Origin: Schwartzia sp. (in: firmicutes)
GTDB taxonomy: Bacteria; Bacillota; Negativicutes; Selenomonadales; Selenomonadaceae
Direction: 5' to 3'
DNA: 64,000 bases
Assembly (NCBI GenBank): GCA_017444395.1
Contig: JAFSWT010000136.1
Coordinates: 3,795-67,794 of the forward strand
Shown here: positions 18,372-26,237 of the stretch, one piece after another
How positions within the stretch are numbered: position 1 is the first letter of the stretch
Layout of the letters: each line of letters opens with the position of its first letter
Translations under genes and position numbers: made by a program
Notes under the pieces: model-generated
Told to the model about the DNA's origin: nothing
Databases searched by the model: none
The model's input: the letters and a program-made list of their open reading frames with translations, nothing else

Positions 18372-18401
18372 AAAAAAACGGCCGGCGAAAAAGCCGGCCG
18401 T
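18372..18401 (-). terminator. pheT terminator
   Basis: The minus strand reads ACGGCCGGC-TTTTTC-GCCGGCCGT-TTTTTTT, immediately after the pheT stop. Confidence 0.75.
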
Positions 18402-18420
18402 CCTCTTGGTGACGCTCTTG

Positions 18421-20856
18421 TCAGGCCCGAAGCTCGGCGTCGAAGGCTTCGGCCACGGACTCGACGATTTTCCGGAAGGAAGCGTCCACTTCCTCGTCGG
18501 TCAGCGTCTTGTCGTTCGACTGGAACTGCAGCGCGAAGGCGAGACTCTTCTTGCCCTCCGCCACCGGCGCTCCGGTATAGACGTCGAACAGGGTGACGTC
18601 TTTGAAGTAAGGACCGGCGTTCTTGCGAATGACGCGCTCCACGTCGCCCGCCGGCGTCTCCGCCGCCACCAGGATCGCCAGGTCGCGGTCCACGCCGGGA
18701 TAACGCGGCAGCGCCTGATAGCTGGCCTTGTTGGCGGCGTACCGCTTCAGCGTGGCGATGTCCATGTCAAAGATGTACATCTTCTTCTTTACCCCAAAGG
18801 CCGCGGCTACCGCCGGATGAACCTCGCCCACCAGAGCGATGGTGTCCTGCCCCTTCTTGAAGGCCGCCGTCTTGCCCGGGTGCATGGCGAAATGCTTGCC
18901 CGGCTCCACCGTGTAGCGGGTGATGCGCAGTGCCGCCAGCAGCTCTTCCACCACGCCCTTGGCGTCGAAGAAGTCGATCGGCCCGTTGTCCTGCCCCCAG
19001 CCCACCGGCGCCCGCCGCCCGGTCATGAGGCCGGCCAGCTTCAGTACTTCGTCGGGCTGCTCCGTCAGCGGCAGCGATTTCGGCAGGAAGACCGGCGCGA
19101 TCTCAAAGAGCCGCACATCGTCGTTCTTGCGGGAGAAATTCCGCATGGTGTTCTCGAAAATGCTCGAAAGCAACGTCGTCCGCACCAGCGGATACTCCTC
19201 GGTCAGCGGGTTCATGATGGGAATGGCCTGCCGCAGCGGGCTGTCCTCGGGGATGTTCAGCGAGTCGAACATGGCCGGATGGGTGAAGGAGAACGAGACT
19301 TCCTCATAGAGCCCCAGGCCGCAGAGAATGTGCCGCGCCCGGTCGATGAAGTCCTGCCGGTCGCTCTGGCGCGCCATCATCACATTGCCCGCCGGCGTCG
19401 TCGAGGGAATGTTGTCGAAACCGTGGATGCGGGCAATCTCTTCCGACAGGTCCTCCCAGCAGGAAATGTCGTTGCGCCAGGAGGGGGCCGTCACCTCGTA
19501 AAGCCCCTCGGGGCCGTGGCCGACGGCAAAGCCCAGGCTCTCCAGGATTTCCACCATGCGGCCCGCCGGGATGTCAGTCCCCAGGCGCTGATTGATTTCT
19601 TCCGCCGTGAAGAACACCCGGCCCGGCTTCACCGGATTCGGGTACACATCGACGACGCCGGGGGCGACGCGGCAGGCGCCCATCTCCGAAAGAAGCTGGG
19701 CCGCCCGGTCCAAAGCCCGGACGGTGCCGGTGATATCGACGCCGCGCTCGAAGCGTCCCGACGCCTCGGAGTGCAACCCGCAGGCGCGGGCGGTACGGCG
19801 AATCGACGGCCCGGCGAAGGACGCCGCTTCCAGCACCACCGTCGTCGTCTTGTCCGTGATTTCCGTTTCCAGACCGCCCATGATGCCGGCCAGGCCCGCC
19901 GGCTTCTCGGCGTCGGCAATCACCAGCTCGCCGCCCTCGGCCAGCCGGGAGGAGTCATCGAGGGTATGGAGGTTCTCCCCCGCCACCGCCTGCCGGGCCG
20001 TCAGGGCGTGGCCCTTGACCTCGTCGTAGTCATAGGCGTGCATGGGCTGCCCCAGCTCCAGCATGACGAAGTTCGTCACGTCCACCACGTTGTTGATGGC
20101 GCGGATGCCCGCCCCCTCGAGGCGCTGCCGCATCCAGTCCGGCGACGGACCGATTTTCACGTCCGTCAGTACCCGGGAGGAAAAGCGGGCGCAGAGCTCC
20201 GGTGCCTCGATACCGATTTTCACCATATCCGCCGCCGGCGTGTCGCCCTCTTCCTTCGCCGCGATTTCCGGCCACTTCGGCGTGTTCCCCGTCAATACCG
20301 CGATTTCCCGCACGATGCCGAAGACGCTGAAGCAATCGCCGCGGTTCGCCGTCAGCTCGAATTCCAGCACCACGTCGTCCCGGCCCATGACATCCTTGGC
20401 CGGCACGCCCACCGGCGTATCCTCCGGCAGGATGTAGATGCCCGTCTGTTGCTCCTCCGGCAGCCCCTCCAGGTCCAGCTTCAGCTCGTCCGCCGAGCAG
20501 AGCATGCCCATGGAGGCGACGCCGCGCAGCTTGCCCTTGGCGATTTTCTTGCCGCAGGGGAGGTTCGCCCCCACCAGCGCCACCGGCACGATCTGCCCCT
20601 CTTTCACATTGGGGGCGCCGGTCACGATGGTCAGCGGCTTTTCCTGTCCCACCGCCACCTCGCAGACCATCAGGTGGTCGGAGTCCGGGTGCGGCTCCAC
20701 CTTGTCCAGGCGCCCCGTCACGACTTTCTCCCAGCCGGCGTCCGCCCGGATTACGTTCTCCACCGGGATGCCCGCCATCGTCAGCTTGTCCGCCAGCTTC
20801 TCCGGCGTCTCGGTGAAATCTATATAGTCTTTCAGCCATTTGATTGAAACCTGCAT
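18421..20856 (-). CDS. pheT: Phenylalanine--tRNA ligase beta subunit
   Basis: 811 aa. The N-terminus is MQVSIKWLKDYIDF. It shows tRNA-binding, B3/4, B5 and FDX-ACB domain patterns. Confidence 0.95.
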   Translation of the reverse strand: MQVSIKWLKDYIDFTETPEKLADKLTMAGIPVENVIRADAGWEKVVTGRLDKVEPHPDSDHLMVCEVAVGQEKPLTIVTGAPNVKEGQIVPVALVGANLPCGKKIAKGKLRGVASMGMLCSADELKLDLEGLPEEQQTGIYILPEDTPVGVPAKDVMGRDDVVLEFELTANRGDCFSVFGIVREIAVLTGNTPKWPEIAAKEEGDTPAADMVKIGIEAPELCARFSSRVLTDVKIGPSPDWMRQRLEGAGIRAINNVVDVTNFVMLELGQPMHAYDYDEVKGHALTARQAVAGENLHTLDDSSRLAEGGELVIADAEKPAGLAGIMGGLETEITDKTTTVVLEAASFAGPSIRRTARACGLHSEASGRFERGVDITGTVRALDRAAQLLSEMGACRVAPGVVDVYPNPVKPGRVFFTAEEINQRLGTDIPAGRMVEILESLGFAVGHGPEGLYEVTAPSWRNDISCWEDLSEEIARIHGFDNIPSTTPAGNVMMARQSDRQDFIDRARHILCGLGLYEEVSFSFTHPAMFDSLNIPEDSPLRQAIPIMNPLTEEYPLVRTTLLSSIFENTMRNFSRKNDDVRLFEIAPVFLPKSLPLTEQPDEVLKLAGLMTGRRAPVGWGQDNGPIDFFDAKGVVEELLAALRITRYTVEPGKHFAMHPGKTAAFKKGQDTIALVGEVHPAVAAAFGVKKKMYIFDMDIATLKRYAANKASYQALPRYPGVDRDLAILVAAETPAGDVERVIRKNAGPYFKDVTLFDVYTGAPVAEGKKSLAFALQFQSNDKTLTDEEVDASFRKIVESVAEAFDAELRA

Positions 20857-20874
20857 CTGTTGTTCCCCCCTCTG

Positions 20875-21903
20875 TCAGAACTGCCGCAAGAAGCGCAGAT
20901 CGTTGTCATAGAAAAGCCGCAGATCGTCGATGCCGTAGGACAGCATGGCGATGCGCTCCACCCCGAGGCCAAAGGCGAAGCCGCTGACCTGCTTCGGATC
21001 GTAACCGCTCATTTCCAGCACATGGGGATGCACCATGCCGGCCCCCAGGATCTCCAGCCAGCCCGTGCCCTTGCAAACGCGGCAACCCTTGCCGTGACAC
21101 ATCACGCAGGAAATGTCCACCTCGGCACTGGGCTCGGTGAAGGGGAAGAAGCTCGGCCGGAACCGCACCCCGATGCCGGCGTGGAAAATCTTTTGCAAAA
21201 AGAGCTCCAGCGTCCCCTTGAGGTCGGAGAAACGGATGCCCTTATCGATGACCAGCCCCTCCACCTGGGTGAACATCGGCGAATGGGTGGCGTCGTAGTC
21301 GTCCCGGCGATAGACGCGCCCCGGCGCGATCATGCGGATGGGCGAATTCGGCTCGTGGGCCTGCATCGTCCGCGCCTGCACCGGCGACGTCTGCGTCCGC
21401 ATCAGGATTTCGTCGGTGATGTAGAAAGAATCCTGCATGTCCCGGGCCGGATGATCCTTCGGCAGGTTCAGCGCCTCAAAATTGAAATAATCCCGCTCAA
21501 TCTCCGGCCCCTCCTCCACCGAGAAGCCCATATCCATGAAGATCGTCTTGATGCGGTCCAGCGTAATCGTCAGCGGATGCGGATGGCCCCGCCAGGCGTG
21601 CCGCCCGGAGAGCGTCACATCAATGTGCTCTTTGGCCAGCTTCGCCTTCAGCTCTTTCTCCTTGAGCTCCGCCGTCTTCTCGCTGATGAGGTCCTCGAGC
21701 TGCCGCCGGGCGTCGTTGACAATCTGCCCTACCCGCGGGCGCTCCTCCTTGGCGATCTCTCCCAGGCTGTGCAGCAGCGTCGTGATCTCGCCCTTCTTGC
21801 CCAGATACCGCACCCGGATCTCATTGAGGTCCGACAGGTTCCCTACCTTCTGGCGGATGACCTCTTCCGCCTGCTTTTTCAGCCTGGCAATTTTCTCTTC
21901 CAT
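20875..21903 (-). CDS. pheS: Phenylalanine--tRNA ligase alpha subunit
   Basis: 342 aa. Class II motifs are present ([37 protein letters not shown]). Confidence 0.95.
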   Translation of the reverse strand: MEEKIARLKKQAEEVIRQKVGNLSDLNEIRVRYLGKKGEITTLLHSLGEIAKEERPRVGQIVNDARRQLEDLISEKTAELKEKELKAKLAKEHIDVTLSGRHAWRGHPHPLTITLDRIKTIFMDMGFSVEEGPEIERDYFNFEALNLPKDHPARDMQDSFYITDEILMRTQTSPVQARTMQAHEPNSPIRMIAPGRVYRRDDYDATHSPMFTQVEGLVIDKGIRFSDLKGTLELFLQKIFHAGIGVRFRPSFFPFTEPSAEVDISCVMCHGKGCRVCKGTGWLEILGAGMVHPHVLEMSGYDPKQVSGFAFGLGVERIAMLSYGIDDLRLFYDNDLRFLRQF

Positions 21904-21930
21904 ATCCTTGCCTCCCGCTTTCCCGCCTAA

Positions 21931-22195
21931 TAATAAACAAAGCCTCCGCCCGGCAAGGGGCGAAGGCTCTTCTTCGCGGTACCACCCTAATCAAGAGAAA
22001 ACGCTGATAAATGAGAGAATTTATCAGTGGTTCCTCCCCTCAAACGCGTTAACGCCGCCGACGCGATGGCTACTATATCCTTTCACCACCGGACTCCGGA
22101 GCGAACTTCAGCCGGCGCCTCCGGTCCCGCTCCCAGTCAAAGGCGGAACTCCCTGCGCGCAGACGGTCGGCCTACTCTCTCCCTCATCGCCATGA
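21931..22195 (-). promoter_or_regulatory. T-box leader (Phe specifier) with terminator/antiterminator
   Basis: The minus strand carries an AGAGAGTA AG-box near 22180 and a specifier-loop GAAGTTCGC, with the TTC codon at 22103-22105. The T-box sequence AGGGTGGTACCGCGAAG lies at 21973-21990. The terminator AGCCTTCGCCC...GGGCGGAGGCT-TTTGTTTATT lies at 21931-21972. Confidence 0.85.
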
Positions 22196-22321
22196 TAAAT
22201 AGTATTATAGCGCCTTTTCCGAAAATAGCAACTGATTTTTTCGCGGGAGAGAAAATTTTACAGGGTGTAAACGAAATTCAAAGGAACCTCCGCAACCGAT
22301 TTTTGAGGACTAACAAACATC

Positions 22322-22350
22322 TTGCCGTCTGAGACCTATCATGATACAAT
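22322..22350 (+). promoter_or_regulatory. Candidate promoter of the PBECR-like ORF
   Basis: TTGCCG, a 17-nt spacer, then TACAAT. Confidence 0.4.
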
Positions 22351-22381
22351 ACATTTCGAAAGCGGAAAAGGAGCGGCGCAA

Positions 22382-22723
22382 GTGGCAACGATACATTACG
22401 TAGGAACATTGGATCGAACCATTTACAGCGTAGTCATGGCGGATATCCAAACCGATTCGGTCATCATAACTGATACGCAAATTGCCCATATCAAAGAACG
22501 CCACCCTGATGATTACTTATTGCTATTGGCCTACGGGCATGATATGATTGCCTCGCTAGACTACATAGTAGAGGCTAATTTGCCCTATTCTGCCATGGTA
22601 TTGAAAGAAGTGGAATTCGGCGGAAAGAAACTAAAGCTGATTTTGCGATTGAAAACTACTGCAGACCCTGCGGATTTCCAAAATTCAATCATTTCTTTTC
22701 AACGAATCCGTGACAAGGAATGA
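22382..22723 (+). CDS. Small nuclease-toxin-like protein (PBECR / Barnase-EndoU-ColicinE5/D-RelE-like family candidate)
   Basis: GTG start 8 nt after AAAGGAG. VIITDTQIAHIKERHPDDY and the C-terminal NSIISFQRIR resemble the PBECR-type phage/plasmid nuclease domains that I recall. GC is in the mid-40s percent, against over 60% in the flanks. Confidence 0.5.
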   Translation: MATIHYVGTLDRTIYSVVMADIQTDSVIITDTQIAHIKERHPDDYLLLLAYGHDMIASLDYIVEANLPYSAMVLKEVEFGGKKLKLILRLKTTADPADFQNSIISFQRIRDKE

Positions 22724-22786
22724 AATCGTGTTTTGCGAAACAAAAAGGTCCTTTACAAAAAGGATGATCCCGACTATAATATAGAT

Positions 22787-22953
22787 AACAGATGAATAGC
22801 CGTTTGTGGTGGTAAAGTTTATCCCGACCACACGCCGATGGTACTGACAGGGGAAACCCGAGAGATGCAGGAGAGTGGGATGCCTGCCAAACGGCTATTC
22901 ATTATTATGAATTGATATATCACCTGCGGTTTTAGTTTCGCAGGTGATTTTTA
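22787..22953 (+). ncRNA. Candidate independently transcribed structured RNA, class unknown
   Basis: The promoter is TTTACA (22752-22757), a 17-nt spacer, then TATAAT (22775-22780). A perfect 15-bp closing stem pairs 22792-22806 with 22888-22902 and encloses about 80 nt with three sub-hairpins. The terminator ATCACCTGCG...CGCAGGTGAT-TTTTT lies at 22919-22953. No + strand ORF follows. Confidence 0.4.
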
Positions 22954-22974
22954 TTTCCTGTCAAATATCCCCCC

Positions 22975-24156
22975 TCAAAGCACCCCTTCGCCGACGATGT
23001 GCCGGTAGTTCTCCTTGTCCGTCGCCCCTTCGGTGCTGACGCAGAGGATGACGGCTTGCTCGTCCAGGCGCAGTGCCCGGCGGAGACCGGCGTAGTCCGG
23101 CTCCGTCAGCAGCGCCTCGACGGCGCCGGTGGTCACAGCCCCGCTCTCGCCGGAAACGACGCGGGGGTCGCCGTCCAGCGGCCGCGCCAGACGCCGCATG
23201 CCCCGCACCGTGACCTCGTCCGGCACCGCCAGCGCGAAATCGGCCCAGCTTTCGAGGATGCCCCAGGCCATATCGCAGACCTCGCCGCAGGCCAGCCCCG
23301 CCATGATGGTAACGAGCGGCTCCGGCGCCGCGTGAAGCTGCCCGTCCGCTGCCTGGGCGGTGCGGAACACGCAGTCCGCCGTCTCCGGCTCGACGATAAC
23401 GATGACAGGCTTCTCCGGCCCCGGGTACACGTTGGCGAAGAATCCCGTCACCGCCCCCGCCATGGAGCCGACGCCCGCCTGCAAAAAGATATGTGTCGGC
23501 GGCTCGGGAATCTGGCGGTATATCTCCAGCGCCATCGTCCCGTAGCCCGCCATGATCCAGGCCGGAACCTCGCGGTAGCCGGGGAAGGAAGTGTCCTGTA
23601 GCAACACCCAGCCATTTTCCTCCGCCTGCCGGCGGGCGAAGCGCACCGCGTCGTCGTAGCCCATCGGCAGAATGGACGCCTCCGCTCCCTCCCGGCGGAT
23701 GTTTTCCAGCCGTTCCGGTCGTGTGCCCCGCGGCATATAGACCACCGACCGCTGCCCCAGCTCCCGGGCCGTCCAGGCGACGCCCCGGCCGTGGTTGCCA
23801 TCCGTCGTCGTCACGAAGGTGATAGGCCCCAGCCGGTCGCGGGTATCGGCGGCGGTCAGCCGCCCATAGGGCAGATCGCTAATCTCCACGCCCAGCCGCT
23901 GGGCCAGATAACGCCCGGCGGCGTAGCTGCCGCCCAGCACCTTGAAGGCGTTGAGCCCGAAGCGGAAGGACTCGTCCTTCACATAGAACCCCCGCACGCC
24001 GAGTTCCCTCGCCAGCGCCGCTAATGGCCGCAACGGCGTCGCCGCGTACATCGGGAAGGAGGCGTGAAACGCCCGCACCCCTTCCGCATTTTTCTCACTC
24101 AAAAAGGAAATATCCGCTTTTTCCGGCCTTTGCCGCCGGATTGTCGTCAACCGCAT
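22975..24156 (-). CDS. Diaminopropionate ammonia-lyase-like PLP enzyme
   Basis: The start is trimmed to MRLTTIRR. FYVKDESFRFGLNAFKVLGGSYA and TTTDGNHGRGVAW are typical of DpaL/Trp-synthase-beta-fold enzymes. Confidence 0.7.
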   Translation of the reverse strand: MRLTTIRRQRPEKADISFLSEKNAEGVRAFHASFPMYAATPLRPLAALARELGVRGFYVKDESFRFGLNAFKVLGGSYAAGRYLAQRLGVEISDLPYGRLTAADTRDRLGPITFVTTTDGNHGRGVAWTARELGQRSVVYMPRGTRPERLENIRREGAEASILPMGYDDAVRFARRQAEENGWVLLQDTSFPGYREVPAWIMAGYGTMALEIYRQIPEPPTHIFLQAGVGSMAGAVTGFFANVYPGPEKPVIVIVEPETADCVFRTAQAADGQLHAAPEPLVTIMAGLACGEVCDMAWGILESWADFALAVPDEVTVRGMRRLARPLDGDPRVVSGESGAVTTGAVEALLTEPDYAGLRRALRLDEQAVILCVSTEGATDKENYRHIVGEGVL

Positions 24157-24344
24157 GAGAACCGCCCCTTTCTTTTTTCCGGTCAAAATCTCCCGGCTCG
24201 ATTTGGCTAAAACCGCCCGGCGCCATGTGGCGAAAATCGCCCGCCGCGAACATGGGGAGACACAATAGTTATTTCGACACGAATCGCGGTGTTCCTCTTT
24301 GTAAACGGAGGCGCCCTCTCCTGCCCCCATTTTTTCCCGGGCTA

Positions 24345-24373
24345 TTGACATTTATATCGCAATAACTTAATAT
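24345..24373 (+). promoter_or_regulatory. Promoter of the arsR-like operon with an overlapping imperfect inverted repeat
   Basis: TTGACA (24345-24350), a 17-nt spacer, then TAATAT (24368-24373). The repeat TTATATCG...CGAATATAA brackets the -10 box and is a possible operator. Confidence 0.5.
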
Positions 24374-24408
24374 ACGAATATAAGATTTTAAGGACATCCC
24401 CGGCGGAG

Positions 24409-24723
24409 GTGAGAAACGAATTGATTCAGGATAAAAAAGCGCTGGCCGACGCGGCGGAAATGCTCAAGGCCATCGCGCATCCCGTGCGCCTTTGCATTGT
24501 GCGACGGCTCTGGCGGGAAGGGCCCTGCAATGTGACGCATATGCAGGAATGTATGGATATGCCGCAGTCCACGATCTCCCAACAACTGGGAAAGCTCCGG
24601 CAGGCCGGCATCATCGAGGGCGACCGGCAGGGGCTGGAGGTGCGGTACGCCCTGAAAGATGACCGCGTCAGGAAGATTCTGGAAATCCTGTTCGTGAAAC
24701 ATACGGACACGCATTCAGAATAA
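24409..24723 (+). CDS. ArsR/SmtB family transcriptional regulator
   Basis: It has LKAIAHPVRLCIVRRL...STISQQLGKLRQAGII. The exact start is uncertain (GTG 24409 or TTG 24421). Confidence 0.85.
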   Translation: MRNELIQDKKALADAAEMLKAIAHPVRLCIVRRLWREGPCNVTHMQECMDMPQSTISQQLGKLRQAGIIEGDRQGLEVRYALKDDRVRKILEILFVKHTDTHSE

Positions 24724-24783
24724 CGACGTCGTCGTCCAAAGTTTCAGACAGCAAGTATAAAAAAGAGGAGGCAAACGAACCTT

Positions 24784-25008
24784 ATGGTTATAGAAAAGCC
24801 AAAACCGAGGCCGCCGGCCAAACGCCGGGCCGTTCCCGACCGGGACCGCTGCGTTGCCTGCGGGGCCTGTGAAGCCGTTTGCCCGCGCGGTGCCATCAAG
24901 GTCTGGAAAGGCAGTTACTCCGTCGTGGACGCGTCCCGTTGTGTGGGCTGCGGCCTGTGCGCCCGGGAATGTCCGGCTTCCGTCATCGCAATCGAGGTGA
25001 TTGCATGA
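24784..25008 (+). CDS. 2x[4Fe-4S] ferredoxin
   Basis: CVACGACEAVCP and CVGCGLCARECP motifs. Confidence 0.85.
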   Translation: MVIEKPKPRPPAKRRAVPDRDRCVACGACEAVCPRGAIKVWKGSYSVVDASRCVGCGLCARECPASVIAIEVIA

Positions 25009-25601
25009 AGCAGCATTGGTATAACTATTTGTGGATCTGCTCAGTTCTCTACTTCGCCCTGGGATTTTTCAACATCCTCTTCGCCTGGCTGGGGCTCATC
25101 AGCTTTTTCCTGCCGCTGATCTTCGCCATCGGCAAAGGCAGCAAAGGATTCTGCAACCGCTACTGCGACCGGGGGCAGCTCCTGCGGATGCTGGGCAACC
25201 AGAAAGGCTTTTCCCGGAAAAAGGACATGCCGGACTGGATGAAGGGAAAGGCGTTCCGTTACGGGTTCCTGCTCTTCTTTCTGACCATGTTCGTCAGCAT
25301 GCTGCTTCGCACCTGGCAGGTCAGCACCGGAGCGGCCACGCTCCGTGAAACGGTAACCCTGTTCTGGACATTCCAGGTGCCGTGGCACTTTGCCTCTCCC
25401 GCCGGAGCCACGCCCTGGGTGGCGCAGTTTACCTTCGGCCTGTACAGCCTGATGCTGACCTCGGCGATCCTGGGGATTCTCACCATGCTTCTCTACAAGC
25501 CGCGTTCCTGGTGCGTCTATTGCCCGATGGGAACCATGACGCAACTGATTTGCCGGGCCAAAGCGGGAGACAGCGACGCGGAAAAAAAACCGATGCCGTA
25601 A
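25005..25601 (+). CDS. Cys-rich integral membrane protein (4Fe-4S-binding-type)
   Basis: The ATG overlaps the ferredoxin stop (ATGA). It has 4-5 TM segments and CNRYCDRG and CVYCPMG motifs. Confidence 0.55.
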   Translation: MKQHWYNYLWICSVLYFALGFFNILFAWLGLISFFLPLIFAIGKGSKGFCNRYCDRGQLLRMLGNQKGFSRKKDMPDWMKGKAFRYGFLLFFLTMFVSMLLRTWQVSTGAATLRETVTLFWTFQVPWHFASPAGATPWVAQFTFGLYSLMLTSAILGILTMLLYKPRSWCVYCPMGTMTQLICRAKAGDSDAEKKPMP

Positions 25602-25666
25602 AAAGCCGGTCTGTCCCGGGGAAGAGGGAATGCCGGTAATCTATTATAATAGAAGGTGTTTACACA

Positions 25667-26143
25667 ATGTCAAAAAAGATTTATTTAAGTGAAGTCATGA
25701 TGCCCAGCCAGACGAACCCCAGCGGCAATGTCCACGGGGGCGAGCTGATGAAGATGATGGACTCTACGGCCTACGCGGCGGCGCGAAAATACAGCCGGTC
25801 CAATGTGGTCACGGCCCGGGTGGACGAGCTGGAATTCCACACGCCGATCCTGATCGGCGATCTCGTCACCTGCACCGCCGAGGTGATTTACGTGGGAAAG
25901 ACCTCCATGGAAGTCGCGGTCAACGTGGAAGTGGAGGTCCTGGAGGCCGAGCAGGGGCCGCAACACGCGCTGTCAGCGTATTTCACCATGGTCGCTCTGG
26001 ACCGCAACGGCCGCCCGATGGCGGTCCCGCCGATGGAACTGGTGACAAAAGAAGAAAAGGCCGCTTTTGAGGAAGCCCGGAAACGCCATGAACTCTACCA
26101 TGAGCGGAAAAAACAACGAGCCCTCGCGGGAAAAAACAAATGA
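25667..26143 (+). CDS. Acyl-CoA thioesterase (hotdog fold)
   Basis: It has MMPSQTNPSGNVHGGELMKMMD...VVTARVDELEFHTP motifs. Confidence 0.85.
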   Translation: MSKKIYLSEVMMPSQTNPSGNVHGGELMKMMDSTAYAAARKYSRSNVVTARVDELEFHTPILIGDLVTCTAEVIYVGKTSMEVAVNVEVEVLEAEQGPQHALSAYFTMVALDRNGRPMAVPPMELVTKEEKAAFEEARKRHELYHERKKQRALAGKNK

Positions 26144-26146
26144 ATC

Positions 26147-26196
26147 AAAAACGCCCCGGCCGGATACATCATGCATCCAACCGGGGCGTTTTTTTC
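26147..26196. terminator. Bidirectional terminator
   Basis: AAAAA-CGCCCCGG...CCGGGGCG-TTTTTTT, between convergent genes. Confidence 0.75.
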
Positions 26197-26237
26197 AAGG
26201 GCCAGACAAATCCGGTCCCTCATTATCCATCATCGGT

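Noticed and set aside
18235-20847. An 870-aa + strand ORF opposite pheT. Similar long antisense ORFs occur at 427-2007, 11762-13330, 46646-48493, 50211-51755, 52772-54502 and 61900-63822.
   Set aside because: Each one mirrors a confidently identified gene on the other strand and has a repetitive R/G/A/P/H-rich composition. All are rejected as high-GC artefacts.
22834-22887. Local resemblance of the RNA candidate core (GCCGATGGTACTGAC, GGGGAAACCC, GATGCCTGC) to fluoride riboswitch or SRP helix-8 motifs.
   Set aside because: The required pairings and conserved strings are absent (the GGCGAUG...CGCC P1 of crcB, and GGAAGCAGC of SRP). In addition, no downstream gene exists for a riboswitch.
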